NCBI GenBank assembly: GCA_041635475.1
Contig: JBFKVA010000001.1
Span: forward strand, 64,794-128,793
Direction of reading: 5' to 3'
DNA: 64,000 bases
Origin: Acidimicrobiia bacterium
GTDB taxonomy: Bacteria > Actinomycetota > Acidimicrobiia > Spongiisociales > JAENVV01
Under the pieces are notes generated by a model, which worked only from the letters and a program-made list of their open reading frames with translations, made no database searches and had not been told where the DNA came from. The position numbers and the translations under genes were made by a program. The stretch's first letter is position 1. Each line of letters opens with the position of its first letter. Below, one piece after another: positions 20,041 through 29,247 of the stretch.

Positions 20041-20315
20041 GTGCCGGGTGTCCAGCTGACGGTCACGTCCCGATTGGCGCGGACATTGTGGAACCAATGG
20101 GGGTGATTCGGTGCACCGCCCTTGGTTGCGGCGACCACGGAGCTTCCGTCCTGAAGGGCAGAGACGAACGGGTTCATGAGCAGCTTCCCTGTCTTGGCGC
20201 CCGTGCCGTGGAGGATCACTAGGGGCTTGCCCTTGAAGAACCCGCCCACAGCCTGGTCGACTGCGCCGCCGTTGGCACGAGACTCCTCTATCACCGGCGC
20301 ATTGATGTCATTCAT
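20037..20315 (-). pseudogene. truncated Ddn-like F420H2-dependent reductase (DUF385) fragment
   Basis: 93 aa MNDINAPV...GKPLVILHGTGAKTGKLLMNPFVSALQDGSSVVAATKGGAPNHPHWFHNVRANRDVTVSW then stop. Family members continue ~50 aa further. Stop overlaps the LtrA start (ATGA). Confidence 0.45.
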
Positions 20316-20715
20316 TCGTTTGCCTTTCGTCGGGACCGGAGCCGTAGGGTCGCGTGAGGATCTCCCACCCGACGTCGGTGTGCGGATCGCTGAAGTAGAC
20401 ACCTCGTCCTCCATCGTGATGGTTGATCCGACCCGGTTGTGTCCGGCGAGGGTCGGCCCAGTATGGGAGCTCCCGTTCCTTGATCCGGTTCAAGGCCTGG
20501 TCGAACTGACGCTCGGTCACCAGGAACGCGAGGTGCATGCGGCTCGGGGTTCCGTTGGTGTCGGCGAAGTCGAGGGTGACGCCGTTTCCGGTCTCGACTT
20601 GGGTGAAGTGCCCGAACTCGCTCGGCGGTCCCATCCCTGCGATGTCCGCGAAGGATTCGGCGGCGGCCTGGCGGTCTTTCGCCCACACGATCAGGTGGTT
20701 CAGCTGTGGCTTCAT
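20308..20715 (-). CDS. VOC (glyoxalase/bleomycin-resistance) family protein
   Basis: MKPQLNHLIVWAKD...HLAFLVTE motifs. Confidence 0.7.
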   Translation of the reverse strand: MKPQLNHLIVWAKDRQAAAESFADIAGMGPPSEFGHFTQVETGNGVTLDFADTNGTPSRMHLAFLVTERQFDQALNRIKERELPYWADPRRTQPGRINHHDGGRGVYFSDPHTDVGWEILTRPYGSGPDERQTNE

Positions 20716-20817
20716 GTTCTGACTCCTATTGCGCGCCGTTTCCCTGGCCGGCCTAAGCCAGAGCGGCCGTACCGGCCCAACACGAGCCGAGCCTGGTGAC
20801 CCGGGGATACGCGTTGG

Positions 20818-21348
20818 CTAATAGCTGAGGGTGCCCTTGATGGTTGCGCTGAAGGCCCAGGGAACCGTGAGATCGAAGCAAGCGAACGAACCGGCTGGTG
20901 TGCACCCCGGGATGAACACCTGTTCAACCGCGTAGCTCAAGGTGGCGTCGCCACTGGCCCCTGCAAACTTCCCTGTGCCCCCGTCAACGGTGATCGGGAA
21001 CGATGTCGTGCCCGTATCGTCTGTGTAGGTGACGTGGAGTTCGTCTCCGTCGTCGGCAACGATGGTCATGATTCCGTTTTTGTGGCCGCCAACCACGGGG
21101 CAGTGAGTCACCGTGCTCTGGACTTGACCCATGTGGGAGGCTTTGCCGGTCGACACTGCCCGAGTCATGATGCCCCCGTTGTAGGGCACACACGAAACGT
21201 CGAAGCCGAACTCGGCCTCACCGACGAACGAGCCTTTGAATGGCCGGTCCGTGCCACCCCGGCCTGCGAAGGCCGGACTGACAGTCAGCGCCAGAAGTGC
21301 CGTCACCGCAGCGACGGTCGACCAACGTCTCAGCACGCGGACCTCCAA
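20818..21348 (-). CDS. secreted hypothetical protein (signal peptide, Cys-rich)
   Basis: Signal peptide ...VAAVTALLALTVSPAFA. Six Cys. No recognisable domain. Confidence 0.55.
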   Translation of the reverse strand: MEVRVLRRWSTVAAVTALLALTVSPAFAGRGGTDRPFKGSFVGEAEFGFDVSCVPYNGGIMTRAVSTGKASHMGQVQSTVTHCPVVGGHKNGIMTIVADDGDELHVTYTDDTGTTSFPITVDGGTGKFAGASGDATLSYAVEQVFIPGCTPAGSFACFDLTVPWAFSATIKGTLSY

Positions 21349-21530
21349 AGGGTTGGACTGGGGAGCGATGCCACCCTAGGTGGCGGTCGGGTGGGCGTAA
21401 AGGGAAAGAAACCGGTCTCGCTCGGGTCCGGGGGTGGCACCATCGACAAGGGCTACCGACCCGCACGCTCGGAGCGACAACCCCCTGGTGGGTATGTATC
21501 CGATCCGAAACTGCCGGGTACCGTGCCGGG

Positions 21531-21637
21531 GCCGCTACCGGGCCGCCTCGGCCGCAGGCAAGGGACCATGCCAGCCGGGACCAGCATGAGTTTCCGCCGT
21601 GCGGAAACTCGAACGCCACGGCCGCAGGCCGAGGCGC
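21531..21637 (-). repeat. two tandem decayed tRNA-Leu 3'-half-like repeats (family X copies B1, B2) directly downstream of tRNA-Leu(GAG)
   Basis: B1 (minus) gcctgcggccgtggcgttcgagtttccgcacggcgg and B2 (minus) ccggctggcatggtcccttgcctgcggccgaggcggcccggta. The region also forms a 10-bp hairpin gagtttccgc-cgt-gcggaaactc at ~21588-21610. Confidence 0.5.
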
Positions 21638-21723
21638 GGTGTCGGAGAAAGGACTTGAACCTTCACGAGCTTGCGCTCACTAGGCCCTCAACCTAGCGCG
21701 TCTACCAATTCCGCCACTCCGAC
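21638..21723 (-). tRNA. tRNA-Leu (anticodon GAG)
   Basis: Manual fold of the minus strand: 7-bp acceptor stem GTCGGAG/CTCCGAC, D-arm GCGGAATTGGTAGACGC, anticodon stem CTAGG/CCTAG with loop TTGAGGG, long variable arm, T-arm AAGGTTCAAGTCCTT. Sits downstream of secG, as in many actinobacteria. Confidence 0.85.
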
Positions 21724-21766
21724 GTGACAGCGGCGGGAGTATACCCACCACCCCTGGACGAGAACC

Positions 21767-22006
21767 TCAGCCGAGGAGGATCGTGAGGATGATCGTCGTC
21801 ACCGCGAAGATGCTCGAGGTGATGACCGTCAGCCGATCGAGGTTGCGCTCCACGACCGTTGAGCCCTGGAACTGCTGCGGCCCCATCCCGCCCCCGAACA
21901 TGTCCGACAGCCCCCCGCCTCGACCGGCGTGCAGGAGGATGAGCGCGATGAGTCCCAGGGAGACGATGATGTGGATGCCGATGAGGATGTTCTGAACGAT
22001 CTGCAT
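21767..22006 (-). CDS. secG: preprotein translocase subunit SecG
   Basis: MQIVQNILIGIHIIVSLGLIALILLHAGRGGGLSDMFGGG... (79 aa). Confidence 0.85.
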   Translation of the reverse strand: MQIVQNILIGIHIIVSLGLIALILLHAGRGGGLSDMFGGGMGPQQFQGSTVVERNLDRLTVITSSIFAVTTIILTILLG

Positions 22007-22067
22007 GAGCCTTGGGTCCTCGGAGGTACGGGAAGTGTAGAGGGAGGGGACGACTACGGCGAGACGA

Positions 22068-22811
22068 TCAGCCCGCCTGACGGGCCACGGCATCGGCAGC
22101 GGCGGCGATGTCGGCGGCGTCCCCGAGGTAGTAGGCGTCCTCCACCTCGAACGCTGACGACAGGTGGTAGACACGGGGTACGCCGGTCGGGATGTTGAGC
22201 GATGGGATCTCCTCGTCCGAGATCCCTTCGAGGTGCTTGGCGAGGGCCCGCAGGCTGTTGCCGTGGGCCACCACGAGCAGCTTCCGTCCCGCCCGCAGGT
22301 CGGGGACCATCCGGTCGTGCCAGAACGGCATCATCCGCTCGACCACGTCCTTGAGGCACTCCGTCGCCGGCAGGAGGTCGGGGGCGAGGGAGGCATAGCG
22401 AGGGTCGTGGGCCGGGTGCCGCTCGTCCATCGGATCGAGCGCCGGTGGTGGCGTGTCGTAGGAACGGCGCCACTCGAACACCCGGTCGGCTCCGTGGCGG
22501 TCGGCGGTCTCCTTCTTGTCGAGTCCTTGGAGGGCGCCGTAGTGCCGCTCGTTGAGGCGCCAGTGACGCACCACCTCGATCCACTCGAGGTCCATCTCCT
22601 CGAGGGCCAGGTTGGCCGTCTGGATCGCCCGCTTGAGGAGTGACGTATGGAGCAGGTCGAACGTGAGCCCGGCCGCGGCCATGACCCGCCCGGCTTCCCT
22701 GCCCTCGGCCACTCCCAGGTCGGTGAGGCCCACGTCGGTCCAACCGGTGAACCGATTCTCGAGGTTCCAGGTGCTCTGGCCGTGGCGCACCACGACGAGG
22801 GTGTACGTCAT
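22068..22811 (-). CDS. gpmA: 2,3-bisphosphoglycerate-dependent phosphoglycerate mutase
   Basis: [19 protein letters not shown]... His-phosphatase motif. Confidence 0.9.
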   Translation of the reverse strand: MTYTLVVVRHGQSTWNLENRFTGWTDVGLTDLGVAEGREAGRVMAAAGLTFDLLHTSLLKRAIQTANLALEEMDLEWIEVVRHWRLNERHYGALQGLDKKETADRHGADRVFEWRRSYDTPPPALDPMDERHPAHDPRYASLAPDLLPATECLKDVVERMMPFWHDRMVPDLRAGRKLLVVAHGNSLRALAKHLEGISDEEIPSLNIPTGVPRVYHLSSAFEVEDAYYLGDAADIAAAADAVARQAG

Positions 22812-22944
22812 TGCTCTCCAGGGGCTCCGGTCAACCCAGCCTATCGGGCAGGAGAGGGACGAGCGTCAAGCGTCAACGGGGCCCCTCGTACCTCTCTCCT
22901 CGTACCTCTCTCCTCGTACCTCTCACCTCGTACCTCGTACCTCC

Positions 22945-23706
22945 CTACACCCAGTACCGCACGACGGAAGCGAACGTGTCCGGGTCGAGTGAGGCTCCCC
23001 CGACGAGGGCGCCGTTCACATCGCGCTTGGCCATGATCCCGGCCACGTTGCCGGGGTTGACGCTGCCCCCGTAGAGGATGCGGAGTTGCGCGGCGCCCGC
23101 CCCCCACATCGACGTGCACGATTGGCGAATGACGGTCGCCATCCCACCGGCGTCGTCGGGGCCGGCGCTCCGACCGGTCCCGATCGCCCAGACCGGCTCG
23201 TACGCCACCACGAGGTGAGGGATGTCGTCCGACGACAGCCCCCGCAGGCTCGCCCGCACCTGGCCGACGACGACGTCCTCTGCCCGACCGGATTCGCGCT
23301 CGTCCAGTGTTTCACCGACGCACACGACCGCCGTCATGCCGGATGCCAGCACCGCCTTGGCCTTCTTGTTCACGACCTCGTCGTCCTCGGCGAACTGGGC
23401 CCTGCGCTCCGAGTGCCCGACGATGACCGACGACACATTCAACTTGGCGAGCATGGCGGCCGAGACTTCGCCGGTGAACGCACCGGCCGGCGACCAGTGC
23501 ACGTTCTGGGCTGCCAGCCCGATCCGCATGCGGTCGGCTTCGATGATCGTTTGGATCGACCGCAGCGACGTGAAGGGCGGTGCCACCACCACCTCCACCC
23601 GATCGAAGTCGTCGCTGTCGAGCCGGTAGTGGAGCTTCTGGACCATCTGGATCGCCTCGAGGTGGGTGGCGTTCATCTTCCAGTTGCCCATCATGAGGGG
23701 CTTCAT
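22945..23706 (-). CDS. tpiA: triosephosphate isomerase
   Basis: GNWKMN...VAYEPVWAIGTG motifs. Start overlaps the pgk stop (ATGA). Confidence 0.9.
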   Translation of the reverse strand: MKPLMMGNWKMNATHLEAIQMVQKLHYRLDSDDFDRVEVVVAPPFTSLRSIQTIIEADRMRIGLAAQNVHWSPAGAFTGEVSAAMLAKLNVSSVIVGHSERRAQFAEDDEVVNKKAKAVLASGMTAVVCVGETLDERESGRAEDVVVGQVRASLRGLSSDDIPHLVVAYEPVWAIGTGRSAGPDDAGGMATVIRQSCTSMWGAGAAQLRILYGGSVNPGNVAGIMAKRDVNGALVGGASLDPDTFASVVRYWV

Positions 23707-24887
23707 TCGTCGTCCTCCATGAGCGCGGCGATCCCCGGTAGCACCCGGCCCTCCAACATCTCCAGGCCGGCTCCGCCACCCGTCGACACGTGCGATGGGA
23801 GCTCTTCGAGGCCCAGCAGGCGAATCGCGGCCACCGAGTCCCCACCCCCGACCACGGTGAACCCGTGGGCCTGGGCGACGGCCCGGCCCACAACCTCGGT
23901 TCCCTGCCGGAATCGCTCCCATTCGAAGACGCCCATCGGGCCGTTCCAGAACACCGAGCCACTGCCGGCGACGGCTTCGGCGAACCGGGTGGCGGTCCGG
24001 GGGCCGATGTCGAGGCCCATCCAACCCTTCGGCACCTCGCCGAAGGCCAGGGTCCGGGTCTCGGCGTCGGCCGCGAACCGGTCGGCGACGACGAGGTCGA
24101 CCGGGAGTTCGATCTTCGAGCCGTCGGGGGACGCCAGGAGGGCACCCACGATCGGGATCAGGTCGGGTTCGACCAGGGACTCCCCCACTTCCCGTCCCTG
24201 GGCGGCGAGCAGCGTGAAGCACATGCCGCCACCGATGAGCATTTGGTCCACCTTGGGCAGGAGCGACTCGAGGACGGCAAGCTTGTCCGACACCTTGGCG
24301 CCCCCGAGGACCACGGTGAACGGCCGTGGCGGGTCCACGAGGAGCGCGTTCAACGCCTCGACCTCCGCCAACAGAAGCGGTCCGGCGGCGCTCGGGAGCA
24401 CCCGGGCGATCCCGGTGGTGGTGGCATGCGCTCGGTGGGCGGTTCCAAAGGCATCGAGCACGAACACGTCGGCGAGGCGGGCCAGGGCTCGCACGAGGGC
24501 GGGGTCGTTGGCGGTCTCGCCCGGCTCGAAGCGGGTGTTCTCGAGCATGAGGACGTCGCCGGCGGCGGCCCGACCCACCGCGGCCTCGACCTCGGGGCCG
24601 ACGACGCCGTCCAGCTTCGTCACCGGGAACCCGCCCAAGTCCGCGAGGCGGGCAGCCACCGGGTCGAGACGAAGGGCGAGATCCACGCCCTTGGGGCGGC
24701 CGAGGTGGCTACAGACGATGACGATGGCTTCCCCACGCAGACGGCGAATGGTTGGAAGTGCGGCCCTGACGCGGAAGTCGTCGACGACGACGCCATCGCG
24801 GACCGGCACGTTGAGGTCGGCCCGGAGCAGCACACGTTGTCCGGCCAAATCGAGCTCATCGATCGTGGGAAGACGCATGTCCGTCAC
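23703..24887 (-). CDS. pgk: phosphoglycerate kinase
   Basis: RADLNVP...SHLGRPKG motifs. Confidence 0.9.
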   Translation of the reverse strand: MTDMRLPTIDELDLAGQRVLLRADLNVPVRDGVVVDDFRVRAALPTIRRLRGEAIVIVCSHLGRPKGVDLALRLDPVAARLADLGGFPVTKLDGVVGPEVEAAVGRAAAGDVLMLENTRFEPGETANDPALVRALARLADVFVLDAFGTAHRAHATTTGIARVLPSAAGPLLLAEVEALNALLVDPPRPFTVVLGGAKVSDKLAVLESLLPKVDQMLIGGGMCFTLLAAQGREVGESLVEPDLIPIVGALLASPDGSKIELPVDLVVADRFAADAETRTLAFGEVPKGWMGLDIGPRTATRFAEAVAGSGSVFWNGPMGVFEWERFRQGTEVVGRAVAQAHGFTVVGGGDSVAAIRLLGLEELPSHVSTGGGAGLEMLEGRVLPGIAALMEDDE

Positions 24888-25849
24888 GACGTGGCGAGCG
24901 CGGAGAGGGCGTTGCCGAGTCGGATCGGATCATGCTGGGGCCACGCCGCCGCCCGGTCGGCGAGATCGGCTCCCACCGCCACCCATCCCCACTCCATGGC
25001 GTCGATCACGTCCAGCTCCACTCGTTCCACGATCCCCGGCACCTCGAGGGGACCTTCGTGGTGGAGAATGGTACCGCCCCGCCTGAGCCCGCCCACCTCT
25101 CGCAGCGCCGCCACATGGTCGACTCCCGCCATGCCGAGCGTCTCCCGGTGCTGGGTGACGAGGTTCATGACCCAGGTGATTCCCGCCCGCGACTCGTCGA
25201 TGGCCTCGGCCACACCCGGCGCCCGCAGCGCGGCGATGAGCGACGTGTAGAGGCTGCCCGGTGCCAGGACGATTTCGTCGGCTGCGCGGATCGCCGCCAC
25301 GACGTCGGGATGCGGCTCGCCCCTGTCGGGAACCAGGTCCAACCGTTCGATCGATCCGTCCGCCATGGCGATGGCGGCCTGTCCTCGGACCCGCGCACCG
25401 TCGACGATGGCTTCCAGGCGGAGCCGGTGCCGGGCCACCGGCAGGACCCGCCCCACGGCGTCCAGCATCTCGCCCGCCACGTCCAGGGCCCGCGTGAAGT
25501 CCCCCGTGATGTCGGTGAGCGCAGCCAGCAGGAGGTTGCCGAGGGAGTGACCGGCCACGTCGGCACCCTCGAAGCGGTACCCGAACAGCTCCCTGGCGAC
25601 CGTCGCATCGGCCGCGAGCGCCAGAAGCGCCCTCCGCACGTCCCCGGGGGGTGGCATGTCGAGGTCATCGATGAGACGACCACTGGATCCACCGTCATCG
25701 GCGATGCTCACGACCGCCGTGATCTCCCCGGCATACGTGCGCACGGCCTGGAGCAACTGGGAGAGCCCGTGTCCGCCCCCGACGGCGACCACCCGGGGGC
25801 CGTCCTCCGCCAGGGAGAGCAGGGCCGTCTCCACTTCGGGCAGTGTCAC
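24884..25849 (-). CDS. yvcK: gluconeogenesis factor YvcK/CuvA (CofD-like, UPF0052)
   Basis: VVAVGGGHGLS...IADDGGSSGRL motifs (Rv1422 homolog). Confidence 0.85.
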   Translation of the reverse strand: MTLPEVETALLSLAEDGPRVVAVGGGHGLSQLLQAVRTYAGEITAVVSIADDGGSSGRLIDDLDMPPPGDVRRALLALAADATVARELFGYRFEGADVAGHSLGNLLLAALTDITGDFTRALDVAGEMLDAVGRVLPVARHRLRLEAIVDGARVRGQAAIAMADGSIERLDLVPDRGEPHPDVVAAIRAADEIVLAPGSLYTSLIAALRAPGVAEAIDESRAGITWVMNLVTQHRETLGMAGVDHVAALREVGGLRRGGTILHHEGPLEVPGIVERVELDVIDAMEWGWVAVGADLADRAAAWPQHDPIRLGNALSALATS

Positions 25850-26718
25850 CGTCCGAGATCCCGGTGTTGGACGGAAACGGCGGCCCCGCCGTCGCCCAGG
25901 CGGCGTCCGACCTCCTCGGCGATCGCCACCGACCGATGGCGTCCCCCGGTGCAGCCGATGCCCAAGGACAGGTAGGTCTTTCCCTCGGCCTCGTATCGGG
26001 GCAGGAGGAAGCCGAGCAGATCCTCGACCCGATCGAGAAAGGCGATCGTGTCCGGGTTGGAGAGGACGAACTCGCGCACGGGTGCATCGAGGCCGCTGAG
26101 GGGGCGGAGGGCCGGGTCCCAGTGGGGGTTGGGCAGGAACCGAACGTCAAAGAGCATGTCGACATCGTGCGGATGCCCGTGCTTGAAACCGAACGACCGG
26201 ATCGAGACCCGAAGTCGCCTCGGCTCGGCGGCGCGGCTGAACTCGGCCTCCATGCGCTTGCGGAGGTCATGCACCGTGTACTCGGTGGTGTCGATGACGA
26301 CGTCGGCCGCCTCTCGCACCTCCGTGAGGGCACGCCGCTCCGCCTCGATCGCCTCGGACACCGTGCCGCCCCCGAGGGGATGGGGGCGGCGCACCTCGTC
26401 GTACCGGGTGGCGAGGACGCCGTCGTCGGCGTCCAGGAACACCACCATCGGTGTCAGGCCATGGCCGCGGAGCGTGTGAAGCGTGGCCCGCAGCACCCCG
26501 CTGTCGATCCCGGTCCGGACGTCGACCGTCACCGCCAACCGGGTGTCGCCTTCCTCCACGTCGTGGAGATGGGCGACGTCGTCGATGAGGGACAGCGGCA
26601 GGTTGTCGATGACGACGTAGCCGATGTCCTCGAGCACCTTCCCGGCCGTCGATCGGCCCGCCCCCGACATGCCCGTCACCAGGAGCACCTTGGGGCCGGG
26701 AATCGACTGGCGAGGCAT
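25846..26718 (-). CDS. rapZ: RNase adapter protein RapZ (P-loop ATPase)
   Basis: LLVTGMSGAGRSTAGKVLEDIGY Walker A (Rv1421 homolog). Confidence 0.85.
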   Translation of the reverse strand: MPRQSIPGPKVLLVTGMSGAGRSTAGKVLEDIGYVVIDNLPLSLIDDVAHLHDVEEGDTRLAVTVDVRTGIDSGVLRATLHTLRGHGLTPMVVFLDADDGVLATRYDEVRRPHPLGGGTVSEAIEAERRALTEVREAADVVIDTTEYTVHDLRKRMEAEFSRAAEPRRLRVSIRSFGFKHGHPHDVDMLFDVRFLPNPHWDPALRPLSGLDAPVREFVLSNPDTIAFLDRVEDLLGFLLPRYEAEGKTYLSLGIGCTGGRHRSVAIAEEVGRRLGDGGAAVSVQHRDLGR

Positions 26719-26722
26719 GGTC

Positions 26723-28555
26723 CTACTCGGAATCGGGATGGAGCGAATCGTACAGCGTCTCGGCCACCCCGCTCGGAACGACCACGGCCAGGTCGGCCAC
26801 GGTGGCCGCTTTGATTCGCTTCACGGACCCGAAGGCCCGCATGAGCGCCTTCTTGCGGGCGGGACCGATGCCGGGCACCTCGTCGAGCACCGAGTCCACC
26901 ATGCGCTTGCCCCTGAGCTTGCGGTGGTACGCGACCGCGAACCGGTGTGCCTCGTCCCGGGCCCGCTGGAGCACGTGCAGGGCCGGTGCGTCCCGGGGGA
27001 TGCGCAGCGTTTCGGGTTCCCCCGGCCGGTACACCTCCTCCATCTTCTTGGCGAGCCCGACGACGGGAATGTCGAGCCCGAACTCGCCAAGCACCTTGAC
27101 CGCCCTTCCCAGCTGGCCCGCTCCCCCATCGATGACGACGAGCGACGGCGGGTAGGCGAACCGTCTCGACTCGTCCGGCGCCTTGGCGAGGTCGGCGACG
27201 TAGTTGGCGAACCGGCGCCGGAGCACCTCCTCCATCGCCGCGAAGTCGTCCTGGCCGACCAGGGTACGTATCTTGAATCGTCGATAGTCGGAGCGCTTGG
27301 GGAGGCCGTCCTCGAGAACCACCATCGACCCCACCGTGTGCCGGCCCTGGATGGTCGAGATGTCGTAGCACTCGATCCGCAGCGGCGGGTCGGGCAGGTC
27401 CAGTTCTGCCTGGAGGGAGCGCAGCGCCTGGGCCCTTTGGTTGGGGTCCGATGTGTGGCGGAGCTTGTGGCGGGTGAACGACTCGGCCGCGTTGGTGGCG
27501 GTCGTCTCCAGGAGGCGCCGCTTGGATCCGCGCTGGGGAACACGGAGCGACACCCGGCCCCCCCTCACACCCTCCAGCCACTCGGTCAACACGTCGAGGT
27601 CCGGCGGTGCGTCGCCGACGAGGACCTCGGGGGGTGGCTTCTCGTCCGAGTAGCGACCCACGATCACCCGAGCCACGAGTTGCCCCGGGGTGAGGTCCTC
27701 CACCTTGTCGACGACGGTCCCGTAGCGGCCGGTGACCCGTCCCTTGCGCACGATGAGCACCTCCACCGCGGCTTCAAGCTCCCCGTCGTGCACGGCGATG
27801 AGGTCGAAGTCCTCCCGGCGCGACGACACCATCTCCTGGCGGGCGAGCGCCCGTTCCACGTCGTTGATCCGGTCCCGGGCGCGGGCCGCTCGTTCGAACT
27901 CGAGGCGATCCGAGGCGGCCATCATCTCGGCCGTGAGGTGCTCGAGAGCGCTCGATCCGTCTCCCTCGAGGAAGGCCGCCAGGCCATCCACAAAGGCACC
28001 ATAGGCGGCCGGTTCGACCGTGCCGATACACGGCGCGGAGCACTTCTCGATGTCGGCCAGGAGGCAGGCCCGGCCCCGTTGTACGTGCTCCCGGAACTTG
28101 CCGTTCGAACACGTGCGGACGGGGAACGTCTTGAGGAGCAGGTCCAGCGTGTTGCGGATGGCGTAGGCGTGGGCGTAGGGGCCGAAGTACTCGTCACCCT
28201 TCTTCCGGCGACCGCGCACGACCTTGGCGGCCGGCCACTCCTCGCTCCGGGTGAGGGCCAGGAACGGGAACGACTTGTCATCCCGGAGGCGCACGTTGAA
28301 GCGAGGTTGATGACGCTGGATGAGCGTGTACTCGAGCAGGAGGGCGTCCACCTCCCGGTCGGTGACGATCCACTCCACCGATGCGGCCTGCGCGACCATC
28401 TCCCGGGTGCGGGACGAGGCCCGCTTCGTGAAGTAGCTACCCACTCGCGTCCGCAGCGACTTGGCCTTGCCGACGTAGATGATCCGGCCGTGGGCGTCTC
28501 GGAACTGGTACGAGCCTGGACGGTCGGGTATCTCCGAGGAGCGGGGCTTGTTCAC
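26723..28555 (-). CDS. uvrC: excinuclease ABC subunit C
   Basis: GIY-YIG motif GSYQFRDAHGRIIYVGKAKSLRTRV near the N-terminus and a C-terminal HhH. GTG start at ~28555 preferred over the listed 28675. Confidence 0.85.
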   Translation of the reverse strand: MNKPRSSEIPDRPGSYQFRDAHGRIIYVGKAKSLRTRVGSYFTKRASSRTREMVAQAASVEWIVTDREVDALLLEYTLIQRHQPRFNVRLRDDKSFPFLALTRSEEWPAAKVVRGRRKKGDEYFGPYAHAYAIRNTLDLLLKTFPVRTCSNGKFREHVQRGRACLLADIEKCSAPCIGTVEPAAYGAFVDGLAAFLEGDGSSALEHLTAEMMAASDRLEFERAARARDRINDVERALARQEMVSSRREDFDLIAVHDGELEAAVEVLIVRKGRVTGRYGTVVDKVEDLTPGQLVARVIVGRYSDEKPPPEVLVGDAPPDLDVLTEWLEGVRGGRVSLRVPQRGSKRRLLETTATNAAESFTRHKLRHTSDPNQRAQALRSLQAELDLPDPPLRIECYDISTIQGRHTVGSMVVLEDGLPKRSDYRRFKIRTLVGQDDFAAMEEVLRRRFANYVADLAKAPDESRRFAYPPSLVVIDGGAGQLGRAVKVLGEFGLDIPVVGLAKKMEEVYRPGEPETLRIPRDAPALHVLQRARDEAHRFAVAYHRKLRGKRMVDSVLDEVPGIGPARKKALMRAFGSVKRIKAATVADLAVVVPSGVAETLYDSLHPDSE

Positions 28556-29247
28556 ACCGATCCCCGCCTCCAGGCGACGCCCAACAGCCGCGGGATGTGC
28601 TCGTGGCCGGCGTATCCCGGGTCGCGCTCGATCATCCCGGCCGAGACACCGTGCTCGGTGAGGCGCTGAAGGCACCAGCCGGCGCCGGCCGCCGTTTCGA
28701 GGAGCTCACCGAGTGGCCGATGGTGGAACCGGACCGACGTGGGTCCGGCCGGCTCCAGGATGGAACCACCCCCGAAGTACCCCCCCGGGCGCAGGAACAC
28801 CTCGCCGTCGGTGGGGTCGGTCACGGGAGCGGCCCCGGGGGCGGTGAGCAGCGGGTGGTTGACGACGAGCACGCAGCGGCCGCCATCGCGGGTCACGCGG
28901 GCCAGCTCCTCGAAGACACCTTCCAGGCTGGGGAGGTGTTCGAGGACCAGGGAGACCACGACTGCGTCGACCGACCGGTCGCGCACCGCCGCCAGCGAGG
29001 GAAGGCGACCCACGAACGACCCGCCGGCCATCGCCGCCAGCCGCGGGGACAGGTCCATGCCCACTGCCTCAGCCCCCCGGCCTCGGAGAAGCCGAAGCAC
29101 GCGTCCCTCACCGGCGCCCACCTCCAGCACCCGGAGGCTGGTGACGGGGCCGAGGAGGTCGATGAGCACCGGCTCGACCTCCTCGGCGTAGGCCGGATCG
29201 GCTGCCTCGCCGATCCACCACTCGGCGAGCCGGTCCCACTCGCTCAC
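28552..29247 (-). CDS. class I SAM-dependent methyltransferase
   Basis: [10 protein letters not shown] motif I. 231 aa. Confidence 0.65.
   Translation of the reverse strand: MSEWDRLAEWWIGEAADPAYAEEVEPVLIDLLGPVTSLRVLEVGAGEGRVLRLLRGRGAEAVGMDLSPRLAAMAGGSFVGRLPSLAAVRDRSVDAVVVSLVLEHLPSLEGVFEELARVTRDGGRCVLVVNHPLLTAPGAAPVTDPTDGEVFLRPGGYFGGGSILEPAGPTSVRFHHRPLGELLETAAGAGWCLQRLTEHGVSAGMIERDPGYAGHEHIPRLLGVAWRRGSV

Noticed and set aside
23086-25086. 666-aa plus-strand ORF
   Set aside because: Antisense to tpiA/pgk/yvcK, which have unambiguous motifs.
26624-28669. 681-aa plus-strand ORF (and 2515..4392, 30363..31820, 36614..37900, 41484..42797, 50270..52033 similar)
   Set aside because: All lie antisense to strongly supported genes (uvrC, dop, uvrA, uvrB, polA, trpB/F respectively) with low-complexity translations.
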